Assembly (NCBI GenBank): GCA_965116355.1
Contig: OZ220679.1
Coordinates: 94,669-158,668, forward strand
Length of the DNA: 64,000 bases
Source of the DNA: Dehalococcoidia bacterium
GTDB lineage: Bacteria; Chloroflexota; Dehalococcoidia; Lucifugimonadales; UBA1127
Direction of reading: 5' to 3'
The position numbers were made by a program, and so were the translations under genes. Positions within the stretch are counted from its first letter, which is position 1, and each line of letters starts with the position of its first letter. The notes beneath the pieces were generated by a model that was not told where the DNA came from, made no database searches, and saw nothing but the letters and a program-made list of their open reading frames with translations. Positions 37,043-46,295 of this stretch are shown piece after piece.

Positions 37043-39413
37043 CGCCGGTTACCTCGTAGACCCGCACGTCGCCGTGGGCGAAGGCGGGCGAGAGGACGGG
37101 GGCGAGATGGTCGAGGCTGTCGACGGCGTACTTGCCGCGCTCCCGGGGGCCGAGGACGACGTAGCGGACGCCGTAGCGCTCGATGACGGCCTCGGCGGCA
37201 GCGGCGTCCTGCGCGCTGTACAGGGCGGCGACGGCCTCCGCGCGGCCGGTCTGCGGCTCGGAGGAGCCGCGCCACTGGAGCTCGTGGCCGGGCCAGTTCA
37301 GGGGCGAGGGCAGGCCGGTGAACGAGGCCACGCGCCCGAAGGTCGAGTAGTCGTCGCCCACGGCCTCGACGATGACGTCGCCGGCCTCGGCGTTGTCGCG
37401 CAGCCACTCGATGGCCGCGTGCTCGCCCGGATCCTGCTCGCGCAGGAAGGCCGTCGCGTCGAGGGTGTACTGGCTGCCGGAGGTTGCGTTCACTGTCAGC
37501 GTCATCCCCGCGGGAAGATAGAAGGCGCCCACAGCCAAGGCGGCGAAGCCGAGCGCTGCAGCCACACCCGCCCGGCGCAGCCACAGACCGCCTTGCAGGG
37601 CGCTCCGTATTCCAAAGTATAGGGTCAGGGGCGCGGCTACAGCAAGAACGGCCCACGCCTGATAGTAGAGCTTGAACACCGTGTTCATCCGGTTGCCGAA
37701 GAAATCGACAACGTAGTAGAGCTCCGGCCCCAACACAAGAGCGACACCCATTGCCGCCGCGCCGAGGACGAAGGCGAGGGCGGCGTCGCCCGCCCGCACT
37801 GTCGACGCGAGCAGCCACGCCAGCGCCAGCGAGAGGGGCAGCGCGACCCAGAGGCGGTCGGCGAGCTCCGCCGTCTCGCCGGTCACGAGCACGGGGCCAA
37901 GCCAGAGCACGAACGGCGCGAGGCCGAGGGCGGCCGCGATGAGGACGGGGCGATTACCCTTCGACAAGCTCAGGGCGAACGGGGGTGGGGCACTCAAGAG
38001 GAGCGGGGGTGGCGATAGGGTCAGGGCGAACGGCTTATCCGGCGCTCGCGAACGAAGGGACAGCGCAACGGCGGCAACCGGCAGGGCAAACACGCCCCAC
38101 ACGATGAGGAAGTGCAGCAACGACGTCCCCGGCGTCGTCACCAGAGCAACCCCCTTCACCTGCCCCGCAAGGGAGCCGGCGTAGTAGGGCAGGTAAGGCA
38201 CGATGCCGAGGAACAGCAGCGCACCGGCGATGCCCGCGGCCCACGCGACCGGACGTCTCTCGCCGTCGCGGGCGGCGCGGTAGGCGCGGAGCACTGCCGC
38301 ACCGGCGCCGATGGCGAGGAATACCGGCAGGTCCCATGCGTTGATGAACCCCAGTGCCCCCAATGACAGTCCCATCGCGAGCACGAAGGGCCAGCGCCGC
38401 CGCCACCATTCACCTTCGAGCGGGGTCTCGTCTGTGAGGAGGACGTAGGTGAAGGCCATGAACAGCAGGACGAAGGGGATGGACATAACATGCGGATGCA
38501 GGTCTCCGAGGAACCAGCTGAAGAAGGGGTACTCGTGGATGGTCGGGTCCAGGCTGAGCCCCTCGACGACGGTGTCGATGACGCGGCTGGAGCGCCACCA
38601 CCACCAGTGGTCGGACGGGAAGAAGGAGGCGCCGGCGGCGGGGGCATCGAGGCCCTTGATGCCGACGAATTCCCAGAAGCCCTGTGCGCCGATGCCCCAA
38701 GCGCGGAAAAGCTCGAACACGCCCTCCAGGTTGCCGAGGAAGCCCAACATCAGCGCGCCCAGCAGGCCGACGCCGAAGCCCGTCAGCAGCGTCGCGCCGA
38801 GGCGGACGGCGACGGTCGTGACGAGGCTGACGACGCCCATCGCGGCCATCGCGGGCAGCAGGGCGAGGGCGAGGTTGTAGACGTAGCCAGAGGGGATATC
38901 GGCAAGCACGCCGGGCAGGCCCATCGTCAGGTAGCCGAAGTAGTAGTAGCTGATGCCGTGGCCGGAGAGCCACGGGTCGCCCGGCGGGAACGCGGTCGCG
39001 ATCATGGAGGCGTTGAGGAAGGCGAAGTCCATTGGCTGCTCGGTGTGCAGGATGCCGGGCATGCCGGCGCGCATCAGCGCCCAGAGCGCGAATACCGCGA
39101 GGAACACGGCCTCCGTCGCCAGCAACAGCCGCCACTCGCGGCGGACGAAGGCCACCAGCTCCGGCCACATCCGCCGGGCGAGGACGGCCGCCGCGACGGC
39201 CAGTGCGACGACAACGAGGGCGGCGGTCGCGCGGGGGCCGAGGGGGACGTGGGCGCTGCCCAGCCACCACACGGGGAGCGCGAGCATCAGCATGCCGAGG
39301 GGCTTCGCGAAGCCGAAGCCGCGGTCGCGGAGGGCGGGGAACAGGGCGTAGGCGGCGGGGAAGGCCAGCAGGCCCAGCGCCTCGATGGTGAGGAGCCACA
39401 GGACGGCGTTCAT
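37035..39413 (-). CDS. DUF2298 / 'Chlor_Arch_YYY' family integral membrane protein
   Basis: 792 aa and highly hydrophobic. The hallmark is GISYYYFGYL (YYYxG motif). Confidence 0.75.
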   Translation of the reverse strand: MNAVLWLLTIEALGLLAFPAAYALFPALRDRGFGFAKPLGMLMLALPVWWLGSAHVPLGPRATAALVVVALAVAAAVLARRMWPELVAFVRREWRLLLATEAVFLAVFALWALMRAGMPGILHTEQPMDFAFLNASMIATAFPPGDPWLSGHGISYYYFGYLTMGLPGVLADIPSGYVYNLALALLPAMAAMGVVSLVTTVAVRLGATLLTGFGVGLLGALMLGFLGNLEGVFELFRAWGIGAQGFWEFVGIKGLDAPAAGASFFPSDHWWWWRSSRVIDTVVEGLSLDPTIHEYPFFSWFLGDLHPHVMSIPFVLLFMAFTYVLLTDETPLEGEWWRRRWPFVLAMGLSLGALGFINAWDLPVFLAIGAGAAVLRAYRAARDGERRPVAWAAGIAGALLFLGIVPYLPYYAGSLAGQVKGVALVTTPGTSLLHFLIVWGVFALPVAAVALSLRSRAPDKPFALTLSPPPLLLSAPPPFALSLSKGNRPVLIAAALGLAPFVLWLGPVLVTGETAELADRLWVALPLSLALAWLLASTVRAGDAALAFVLGAAAMGVALVLGPELYYVVDFFGNRMNTVFKLYYQAWAVLAVAAPLTLYFGIRSALQGGLWLRRAGVAAALGFAALAVGAFYLPAGMTLTVNATSGSQYTLDATAFLREQDPGEHAAIEWLRDNAEAGDVIVEAVGDDYSTFGRVASFTGLPSPLNWPGHELQWRGSSEPQTGRAEAVAALYSAQDAAAAEAVIERYGVRYVVLGPRERGKYAVDSLDHLAPVLSPAFAHGDVRVYEVTGDA
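37957..38033 (+). repeat. Two module C copies embedded in frame in the YYY gene
   Basis: CCCTTCGACAAGCTCAGGGCGAACGGGGG (37957-37985) and GATAGGGTCAGGGCGAACGG (38015-38033). On the minus strand they read ..PFALTLSPPPLLLSAPPPFALSLSKG.. Confidence 0.8.
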
Positions 39414-39474
39414 GTTCCCATTATGACGGCGCGGATGAAAGATTTGGCTAGTTACAGTTCAATCCGTTCGTGAA

Positions 39475-39522
39475 CCCTTCGACAGGCTCCTTCGACAAGC
39501 TCAGGACGGGGTCAGGGCGAAC
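39475..39522 (+). repeat. Mosaic repeat, multi-C copy between ftsY and the YYY gene
   Basis: CCCTTCGACAGGCTCCTTCGACAAGCTCAGGACGGGGTCAGGGCGAACGG. Confidence 0.8.
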
Positions 39523-39528
39523 GGACTC

Positions 39529-40467
39529 TTAGCGGCCGGCGCCAAAGAGGGCTTCCACGTACTCCTCCGGCGCGAAGGGGGAGAGGTCATCCATGCCCTC
39601 GCCGGTGCCGACGAAGCGGACGGGGAGGCGAAGCTCGCGGGCGATGGCCAGGACGACGCCGCCCTTCGCCGTGCCGTCCAGCTTGGTCAGCACGATGCCC
39701 GTGCAGCCGACGGCCTGCGTGAACTCCTTCGCCTGCGCGAGGCCGTTCTGGCCGGTGGTGGCGTCCAGCACCAGCAGCACCTCGTGCGGCGCGGCGTCGT
39801 CCACGCGGCCGAGGACGCGGCCAATCTTCTTCATCTCTTCCATCAGGTTGCTCTTGGTGTGCAACCGGCCCGCCGTGTCGACGATGAGCACGTCTGCGTT
39901 GCGGGCGCGTGCGGCCTGCATGGCGTCGAAGGCGACGGCGGCGGGGTCGCCGCCCTGCTGGTGCGCGATGACGTCGGCGCCGGCGCGCTCGCCCCAGTGC
40001 TGGAGCTGCTCGATGGCGGCGGCGCGGAAGGTGTCGGCGGCGGCGAGGACGACGCGCTTGCCCTCGGCGCGGAAGAGGGCGGCGAGCTTGGCGATGCTGG
40101 TCGTCTTGCCCGCGCCGTTGACGCCGACGACGAGCACCACGAGGGGCTTGTGCCCGCCAGCCCCGTTCCCGGCGCCCTCGACGGCGTTGAGCACCTCGAG
40201 GATGTCCGCCTTGAGGGCGTCGAAGACCTCCTCGGCGGAGCGGGCGCCGCGGGAGCGGTCGCGGGCGCGGTCCAGCAACTCCATCGCGAGGCCGACGCCG
40301 ACGTCGGCCTCGATGAGCAGCTCCTCCGCCTCGTCCCACACGTCCTCACCTGCGCCGCCTCGGACGACGAGGTCCTTCAGGCGGCCAAAGAACGTCGAGC
40401 GGCTGCGCTCGAGACCGCGCTCCGCCTCATCCTTGCCGCCTTTGCGATTCAAGAAGCCAAAGGGCAT
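39529..40467 (-). CDS. ftsY: Signal recognition particle receptor FtsY
   Basis: [36 protein letters not shown] and [11 protein letters not shown] are the SRP-GTPase G1-G4 motifs. Confidence 0.92.
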   Translation of the reverse strand: MPFGFLNRKGGKDEAERGLERSRSTFFGRLKDLVVRGGAGEDVWDEAEELLIEADVGVGLAMELLDRARDRSRGARSAEEVFDALKADILEVLNAVEGAGNGAGGHKPLVVLVVGVNGAGKTTSIAKLAALFRAEGKRVVLAAADTFRAAAIEQLQHWGERAGADVIAHQQGGDPAAVAFDAMQAARARNADVLIVDTAGRLHTKSNLMEEMKKIGRVLGRVDDAAPHEVLLVLDATTGQNGLAQAKEFTQAVGCTGIVLTKLDGTAKGGVVLAIARELRLPVRFVGTGEGMDDLSPFAPEEYVEALFGAGR

Positions 40468-40494
40468 TGGGCGCCTGTTCCTCCGAGTGTGCGG

Positions 40495-41715
40495 CTAACC
40501 GAATATGCGGGGGACGGCCTCGCCGATGCCGTAGGACAACGCCGCCCCAACGGAGCCGATGATGAGCACCTCCAAGCCCTGCACCCACGGCGACTTCCGC
40601 ACGAGCCGCCCCTTCCACATGCCGAGCGCGTAGAGGCCGGAAAGCGTTACCCCGACGGACACCGGGATGGCCGTCGCGACGTCCAGGAAGAAGTACGGAA
40701 GGATGGGAATCATGGCGGCAACCACAAAGGCCCCGCCCATCGTCAGGGCGTCCTTGATTGGGTTGGAGGTGATCTCCGGGCTGATGCCCAGCTCCTTCTC
40801 CAGGAGCGTCCGGAGCCACAGGTCCTTGTCCTCGGACACCTTGTCGGCGAGGCCGCGGGCCTCGCGGAGGCTCAGGCCCTCGCGCTGGTATAACGAGACG
40901 AGCTCGGCGAGCTCCTCGGCCGGGTGCTCCTCCAGCTCGCGCGCCTCCTTCTCGATCTCCGCCCGCTGTAAGTCCTGCTCGGCGCGGGAGCCGAGGAAGG
41001 CGCCGGTGGCCATCGAGATCATGCCGGCGAGGGCGCCCGCAAGCCCGGCAACCAGCACGAAGGACGCGTTGTCGCCGGTGACTGCAGCGGCGACGGCGGT
41101 GACCAATGCCAGCGTGCTGACGAGCCCGTCCTGCGCGCCGAATACCACCTCGCGGATGCGGGCGGAGGCGGCGATGCGCCACCGCTCGGTGTCGACCTCT
41201 TCCGTGCTGGCCCAGGACTGCCTGTCGATGAAGGGCTCGGCGGCCTCGTTCCTCGCGACCGCCTCGGCCTGCTGGACCTGCGCCGGCGTGGGTTGGGCGA
41301 GGGCCTGCTCGGAGAGCTTGCTCTCCAGGTCGTTCAGGCTCTTCTCGAACATCTGGAGGTGGTGCTGCTCGCGGTCCATGGCCATGCGGAAGGTGTCGGC
41401 GGCGTCGCGGCGTCCCTCGTCGAGGGCGGCCTGGATCATCTGGGGGTAGACGCGGGCGGCCTCCTCGGCCTCGCCAGCGATGACGCTGCGGAGGTTGTCG
41501 GCCGTCGACTTGACGTCGCCGGCGACGCGCAGGTGGTTAATGCCGTGGATGTTCTCGGCGCCCGCGACCTCCTGGAAGATCTGCGCGATCTCCGGGTGGC
41601 CCTCGATGAGGGCCTGCTGCGCGAAGGCCTGGTACTTCACGTTGGCGACGGACTCCGTGACGATGGCGTTCCAGAGGTTTCTGTCCGTCCTGCTGAGGGA
41701 GCTTCCGGTTGTCAT
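40495..41715 (-). CDS. Ferritin-like (erythrin) domain fused to a VIT1/CCC1 iron/manganese transporter (MbfA-like)
   Basis: The N-terminal part has [31 protein letters not shown] (di-iron four-helix pattern). The C-terminal part has [15 protein letters not shown].. plus 5 TM segments. Start at ATG 41713-41715. Confidence 0.75.
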   Translation of the reverse strand: MTTGSSLSRTDRNLWNAIVTESVANVKYQAFAQQALIEGHPEIAQIFQEVAGAENIHGINHLRVAGDVKSTADNLRSVIAGEAEEAARVYPQMIQAALDEGRRDAADTFRMAMDREQHHLQMFEKSLNDLESKLSEQALAQPTPAQVQQAEAVARNEAAEPFIDRQSWASTEEVDTERWRIAASARIREVVFGAQDGLVSTLALVTAVAAAVTGDNASFVLVAGLAGALAGMISMATGAFLGSRAEQDLQRAEIEKEARELEEHPAEELAELVSLYQREGLSLREARGLADKVSEDKDLWLRTLLEKELGISPEITSNPIKDALTMGGAFVVAAMIPILPYFFLDVATAIPVSVGVTLSGLYALGMWKGRLVRKSPWVQGLEVLIIGSVGAALSYGIGEAVPRIFG

Positions 41716-41798
41716 GTCCTTCCCCCTTGTGCCCCATTCCCGGGGCGGGCCGAGGCGTTCCGTTGCGGCTTGCAGGTCACAAGCCCGCCGCAACCATT

Positions 41799-42629
41799 CT
41801 ATCCTTCCGCGACCTCAATGAGCACGCGGCAGTGGTCACTGGGGCCCCAGTCTTCGGGGCTGTTGAGGGCGTGGACGGTGAGGCTTTCGTGGAAACCGCG
41901 TGAGGCGAAGACGTAGTCGAGCTGTAGCTCGGCGTTCTCAAGCTTTCTGTGCAAGGCGAACGTGGGCACGTTCTTACTGTCCGTGGGCAATGAAACGGGC
42001 CAAGGGTCAGCCTGACGCCCGTTAGGATATTGAGGGCCAACGAAGGACATGTATATAGCATCCATGCGGTCGAAGACCGTCCGATAACGAGCCTCCCAAT
42101 ACTTGCTCCCTCCGTCGCCAAAGCCGTGAAAAATGTTGAGGTCGCCAGCGGCGATGATGCGGTGTCCCTTCTGCCTACCCATGAGACCGGACAAATCCGA
42201 GATGAGCCGATGTGCAGAGTTGTCTGCCATGATCCACTCACCAGTTCCCTTGAGGGCTCGTGTCCACTGGCTATACATGGAGCACACAATAAACGGCTCA
42301 CCCGACGGCGGCGTCACCCATGCCGCCTCCAGGGTACCGGGGCGGGTGACGGCGAACTCGCCCCACTCGGCGTCAACGAGAGGCTTGGCCTCGATCCAAT
42401 CGACCTTAACGCGGTCGGAAAGGCGAACGACGGCAGCACGCCACCTGACAGGTTTGAAGCCTGCAGGGCCGGGAGTGTGAAAGGGGACCTCGCTGTGCCA
42501 GACGCTATAGCGGACGCCCTCCGGCGGGGCCGTAGCCTCCTGAAGCAGCGCGACGTCTGCGTCCATTGCGAGCAACTGCGCCCAAGGCTCGGTTCGTTGG
42601 GCGATGTTCCAACTAACGATCTTAGTCAC
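41799..42629 (-). CDS. Endonuclease/exonuclease/phosphatase (EEP) family protein, paralogue 1
   Basis: IVSWNIAQR, ALLQEA, AAGDLN and WGPSDHCRVLIEV. I prefer GTG 42629, which has GGAGG 5 nt upstream. The track start (TTG) is at 42641. Confidence 0.75.
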   Translation of the reverse strand: MTKIVSWNIAQRTEPWAQLLAMDADVALLQEATAPPEGVRYSVWHSEVPFHTPGPAGFKPVRWRAAVVRLSDRVKVDWIEAKPLVDAEWGEFAVTRPGTLEAAWVTPPSGEPFIVCSMYSQWTRALKGTGEWIMADNSAHRLISDLSGLMGRQKGHRIIAAGDLNIFHGFGDGGSKYWEARYRTVFDRMDAIYMSFVGPQYPNGRQADPWPVSLPTDSKNVPTFALHRKLENAELQLDYVFASRGFHESLTVHALNSPEDWGPSDHCRVLIEVAEG

Positions 42630-42656
42630 AGTCTCCTCCAAGTGGCTGGGATTACC

Positions 42657-43331
42657 CTATCTCTCCGCGACCTCAATGTGCACGCGGCAGTGGTCACTGG
42701 GGCCCCAGTCCTCAGGGTTGTTGAGGGCGTGGACGGTGAGGCGGTGGGCGATGCTGCGGGACGCGAAGACGTAGTCAAGTTGCAACTCCGCGTCACTCGG
42801 CGTTTGTCGGTGTGGCTTGCTGTAGAAGGTCGGCGAGTGGGGACCGATTAGGGGCAAGCCCATGCGCATCATGTCGGCAAAGACTGTTGTGTCGCTGTCC
42901 CACCACGTCGTCAGGTCGCCGCCGACGATGTAGGGCAGGTTGACGCCGCAATGCTGCTGCATTTCCAGCAACAGTTTGGGTAGATCGGGAGACGTTCTGT
43001 GGGAGGCTTCAGCGGAAACAACCCCAAGCCTCTCGCCTTCCGCCGTCGTGACTGTGGCGACCGATGGGATGCAAATGTCGGAGGGGGCGACCGACGCCCT
43101 AAGGTCAGGCAGTGAAACCCGCTCGACCGTGACCCTGCCGGAGATGCCAACAACAGCTTCAGAGCAAGACCGCGGCCACGGGCCGGGTCCCACGTCGAGC
43201 TTTTCGGCCACATCATCGGGCGGCGTGCAGGCCTCCTGCAAGAGGGCGATGTCAACGTCGCTGTGATGCTCGCAAAGGAAATGCCAGCTTGCCCGCAAGC
43301 GCTGCATGTTCCAGCAGAGGATGTTTACCAT
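42657..43331 (-). CDS. EEP family protein, paralogue 2
   Basis: ILCWNMQR, ALLQEA, VGGDLT and WGPSDHCRVHIEV. The last ~28 codons are ~93% identical at the DNA level to paralogue 1. Confidence 0.75.
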   Translation of the reverse strand: MVNILCWNMQRLRASWHFLCEHHSDVDIALLQEACTPPDDVAEKLDVGPGPWPRSCSEAVVGISGRVTVERVSLPDLRASVAPSDICIPSVATVTTAEGERLGVVSAEASHRTSPDLPKLLLEMQQHCGVNLPYIVGGDLTTWWDSDTTVFADMMRMGLPLIGPHSPTFYSKPHRQTPSDAELQLDYVFASRSIAHRLTVHALNNPEDWGPSDHCRVHIEVAER

Positions 43332-43390
43332 CAGACTTCAGTGGGCAGCAATTCGACACATGCCTCCCAAGCTGCCGCTGTCCTCCGCCC

Positions 43391-43750
43391 CTACTCCTCG
43401 TGTTGGGTGGTGACGCTGTCTTTGCGGGTTACGGTGATGTGGGCGAAGTCGTGCTCGCCGTCCGCGCCGTGCCAGTGCTTCTCGCCGCCGGGCGAGAAGA
43501 TGACGTCGCCGGGCTCGAGCTCGACCTGCTCGGACTCCGTCGCGAAGACGCCTTTGCCATGGGTGACGATGAGGAGCTGGTCGCTGGTGTGGGTGTGGAA
43601 CTTGTTGCGCACGCCGTGCCCGAAGCCGACGACCGACGCGTTGAAGTCGGTGCTGTCGGGCGCGAGGGGCTGGCGGTAGACGTCCTCACTGGTGAACAGC
43701 GGGGATGCCGCGGACTCCTTGGGGACCTCGCTGATTTTGGACTTCTTCAT
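43391..43750 (-). CDS. Cupin-domain protein
   Basis: FHTHTSDQLLIVTHGKG...PGDVIFSPGGEKHWHGA are the two cupin motifs. Start at ATG 43748-43750, with GGAGGA upstream. Confidence 0.85.
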   Translation of the reverse strand: MKKSKISEVPKESAASPLFTSEDVYRQPLAPDSTDFNASVVGFGHGVRNKFHTHTSDQLLIVTHGKGVFATESEQVELEPGDVIFSPGGEKHWHGADGEHDFAHITVTRKDSVTTQHEE

Positions 43751-43783
43751 GGTGTCCTCCTTTGTGTTTTCAGGGGCGCATCC

Positions 43784-43817
43784 GTCGGGGTTCCTGCCTT
43801 CGCAGGAACGACGGGGG
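43784..43817 (+). repeat. Hairpin module A, solitary copy
   Basis: GTCGGGGTTCCTGCCTTCGCAGGAACGACGGGGG, between the SDR and cupin genes. Confidence 0.85.
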
Positions 43818-43821
43818 TGGG

Positions 43822-44568
43822 CTAGCGCATCAGGCCGCCGCCGTCGCAGATGATGCTCTGGCCGCTGATCATCGCGGCGTCGTCGCTGGCCATGAAGGCG
43901 ATGAGGGCGGCGAGGTGCTCCGGGTAGACGCGCTGCTTGATCGCCTGGTTCTGCATCGTGCGGTTGAAGGTCTCCTCGTCGGAGTGGGCCATGGTGCCGG
44001 GCGTGGCGACCTGGCCGGGCATGACGGCGTTCACGGTGATGCCGTCGGCGCCGGCCTCCTTGCACAGCGTCCACGTGAGGCCCTGGATGGCGCCCTTGCT
44101 GGCGGTGTAGGGGAACTGGCCCGGCGCGCCCGCGAAGGTGGTCCGCGACGCGACGTTGATGATGCGCCCGTTGCCGCTCTCCTTGATGTACGGGTACGCG
44201 GCGCGGGTGGTGTGGACGTAGCCCATGTAGTTCACCTGCATGAACCGCTCGACGTCCTCCGTCTTCCAGTCCATGAAGTGGACGCGCGGCGACAGCAGGC
44301 CCGCGTTGTTGACGAGGATGTTGATGCCGCCGAAGCGCCCGGCGACCTCCCCCATCACCTGGGCGAGCTGCTCCTCGTTGGTTGTGTCACAGACCCACGC
44401 CTGGGCCTCGCCGCCCGACGACGCGATGGCCGCGACGGTGTCGTCGCAGTCCTTGATGTCGAGGGCGGCGACCTTCACGCCCTCCTCGCCGAGCCTGAGC
44501 GCGGCGGCGGCGCCCATGCCGCCATGCGCGCCGGTGACCACGGCCACTCTTCCCTGAAGACCCCTCAT
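43822..44568 (-). CDS. SDR family oxidoreductase
   Basis: VAVVTGAHGGMGAA (TGxxxGxG), NNAG, and YTASKGAIQGL (YxxxK). Confidence 0.9.
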   Translation of the reverse strand: MRGLQGRVAVVTGAHGGMGAAAALRLGEEGVKVAALDIKDCDDTVAAIASSGGEAQAWVCDTTNEEQLAQVMGEVAGRFGGINILVNNAGLLSPRVHFMDWKTEDVERFMQVNYMGYVHTTRAAYPYIKESGNGRIINVASRTTFAGAPGQFPYTASKGAIQGLTWTLCKEAGADGITVNAVMPGQVATPGTMAHSDEETFNRTMQNQAIKQRVYPEHLAALIAFMASDDAAMISGQSIICDGGGLMR

Positions 44569-44628
44569 GCGTACTGTTCCTCCCGGTTTGGTCTAGCTTG
44601 CCTTGATTGTCATTCGCCCATTCCCTAG

Positions 44629-44822
44629 CCTTTCGACAGGCTCAGGGCGAACGGGTTTCCCCCATTCTAACCTTCCCCCAAGAGAGAGGAAGGGACTTGG
44701 GCGCCGCTCCGTTTGGCGGGGTTCCTGCCTGCGCAGGAACGACGGGAGGCGTTCGCCCTTCGATTTCCCTCAGGGTGAACGGGGCCGGTTTGTTGGGGTA
44801 CCTGCCTCCGCAGGAACGACGG
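44629..44822 (+). repeat. Composite mosaic repeat C-A-C-A
   Basis: Module C at 44629-44655, A at 44716-44746, C at 44756-44784, A at 44782-44822. The last A supplies the 3' end of the PNPOx-like ORF. Confidence 0.85.
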
Positions 44823-45336
44823 AGCGGCGAGGCGGCTTGTAGGCCGTGCCTCGCTGCTCCGGTGTCCGCTGGTCTATGTACTCCAGCATCGGGACGCCGT
44901 AGCCGCAGCTGGTGACTGTGCTGTCGACGGCGACCTCGATGACCTGCCGCTTGCGGAGGCCGATGGACTCGTCGGCGCTGTGCTCCAAGAGCATTGGCGC
45001 GAGGGGCGACTCGTCGAGGGGCGTCACCGTCGCTTTGCCGAACAGGCGGACGACGGCCGCGTTCTCCTGCTCGAAGGAGCAGACCATCAGCGTCATCGGC
45101 CCGCCGGCGTTCGCGTGCCGTGCGGTCTCGTTGCCGCTGCCGCCGAAGTCGAGGTAGGCGACGCGGTTGGGGCCGAGCACGTGCAGCGGCACGCCGCCCT
45201 TGGGCGACAGGTTGACCGGCCCGACGCCCTCCGGCCCCTCGCCGAGGGACGGGTCTGCGCTCGCCACGAAGAAGAGGTGCGCGTTGCGGATGAGCTCCGC
45301 CTGTTCGCCGGTGATGGCACGGAAATACGTCGCCAT
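44770..45336 (-). CDS. Pyridoxamine 5'-phosphate oxidase-like FMN-binding family protein
   Basis: AELIRNAHLFFVASAD..VNLSPKGG..YLDFGGSGNETARH fits the PNPOx-like split-barrel family. The C-terminal ..RRSVVPAEAGTPTNRPRSP is encoded by repeat module A. Confidence 0.65.
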   Translation of the reverse strand: MATYFRAITGEQAELIRNAHLFFVASADPSLGEGPEGVGPVNLSPKGGVPLHVLGPNRVAYLDFGGSGNETARHANAGGPMTLMVCSFEQENAAVVRLFGKATVTPLDESPLAPMLLEHSADESIGLRKRQVIEVAVDSTVTSCGYGVPMLEYIDQRTPEQRGTAYKPPRRSVVPAEAGTPTNRPRSP

Positions 45337-45357
45337 GGTGCGCCTCCTCCATGCGCG

Positions 45358-45408
45358 GCCCTTCGAGAGCCTCAGGACATGCCCTTCGACAAGCTCAGGG
45401 CGAACGGG
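45358..45408 (+). repeat. Mosaic repeat, double module C
   Basis: GCCCTTCGAGAGCCTCAGGACATGCCCTTCGACAAGCTCAGGGCGAACGGG. Confidence 0.85.
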
Positions 45409-45491
45409 CGCGCAGGTCCGCTAAACCGCGGTTCCGCGGGGCCATGATAGCAACGGGTCTCGGGAGCGTCCACAGCGCGGGAGCCGGTCGC

Positions 45492-46295
45492 CTATGCGCG
45501 CCGCGCCCTTCCAATGAGCGCCAGGAACGCCATCGTCATGCTCACACTGCCGACCAGCGCAATGGCGCCGAACCCGAGGAGGATGTCGGTCCACACCCAG
45601 CCCTCGGTGACCAGGGAGCGCAGACCATCGAGAAGGTAGGTGACGGGATTGTAGGTTGCGATGGCCTGCAGCCAGCCGGTCATCGCCTCCAACGGCACAA
45701 AGATGGTTGTCAGGAATATGAACGGGAAGAAGAGCAGGAAGCTCACGTTGACGGCCGCGGGGTTGCCCGTCTTGAGGGCAATTGCGTACGGGAACCCCGT
45801 GAAGGCCAGTCCCCAGGCGCCGGCCATAGCCATGAACAGGAGGATGCCAAGGATGCCGCTTTCAAAGCGCACGCCGACGGCGTATCCGAGGATGAGCACC
45901 GGGATAGTCAGGGCGACCACCAGCGCGATGTCAGCCACCATGAGGCCCAGCAACAGCGAAAACCGGCTAACCGGCGTCAACGCGAGCCGGTCAAAGTAGC
46001 CGGTCTGGATGTCCGTCACGAGGGTGATGGCGCGGGAAATGCCGGTGACGGCGAAGATGATGGCAACGGGAAGCTGGAATGCCTTGAAGTCAAGCCCGGG
46101 TATCTCCTCCGCAAGGTCCTGCAGCGCGCCGATGTTCACGGCGAAGAAGAAAATGGGGATGACCAGCGCCGGGTAGACGGCCTCGGGGTCGCGAGGGACA
46201 GAGCGCAGCGCGCGGCCGGCGACGGACATAACGTCGCGGTGGAAGCCGGCGTGCCGGGCACGGACCTCGGTTGGGGCTGGTGCGCTAGTCGCCAT
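45492..46295 (-). CDS. ABC-2 type transporter permease (DrrB-like)
   Basis: 267 aa with 6 hydrophobic segments. 11-nt overlap with the upstream ATPase gene. Confidence 0.8.
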   Translation of the reverse strand: MATSAPAPTEVRARHAGFHRDVMSVAGRALRSVPRDPEAVYPALVIPIFFFAVNIGALQDLAEEIPGLDFKAFQLPVAIIFAVTGISRAITLVTDIQTGYFDRLALTPVSRFSLLLGLMVADIALVVALTIPVLILGYAVGVRFESGILGILLFMAMAGAWGLAFTGFPYAIALKTGNPAAVNVSFLLFFPFIFLTTIFVPLEAMTGWLQAIATYNPVTYLLDGLRSLVTEGWVWTDILLGFGAIALVGSVSMTMAFLALIGRARRA

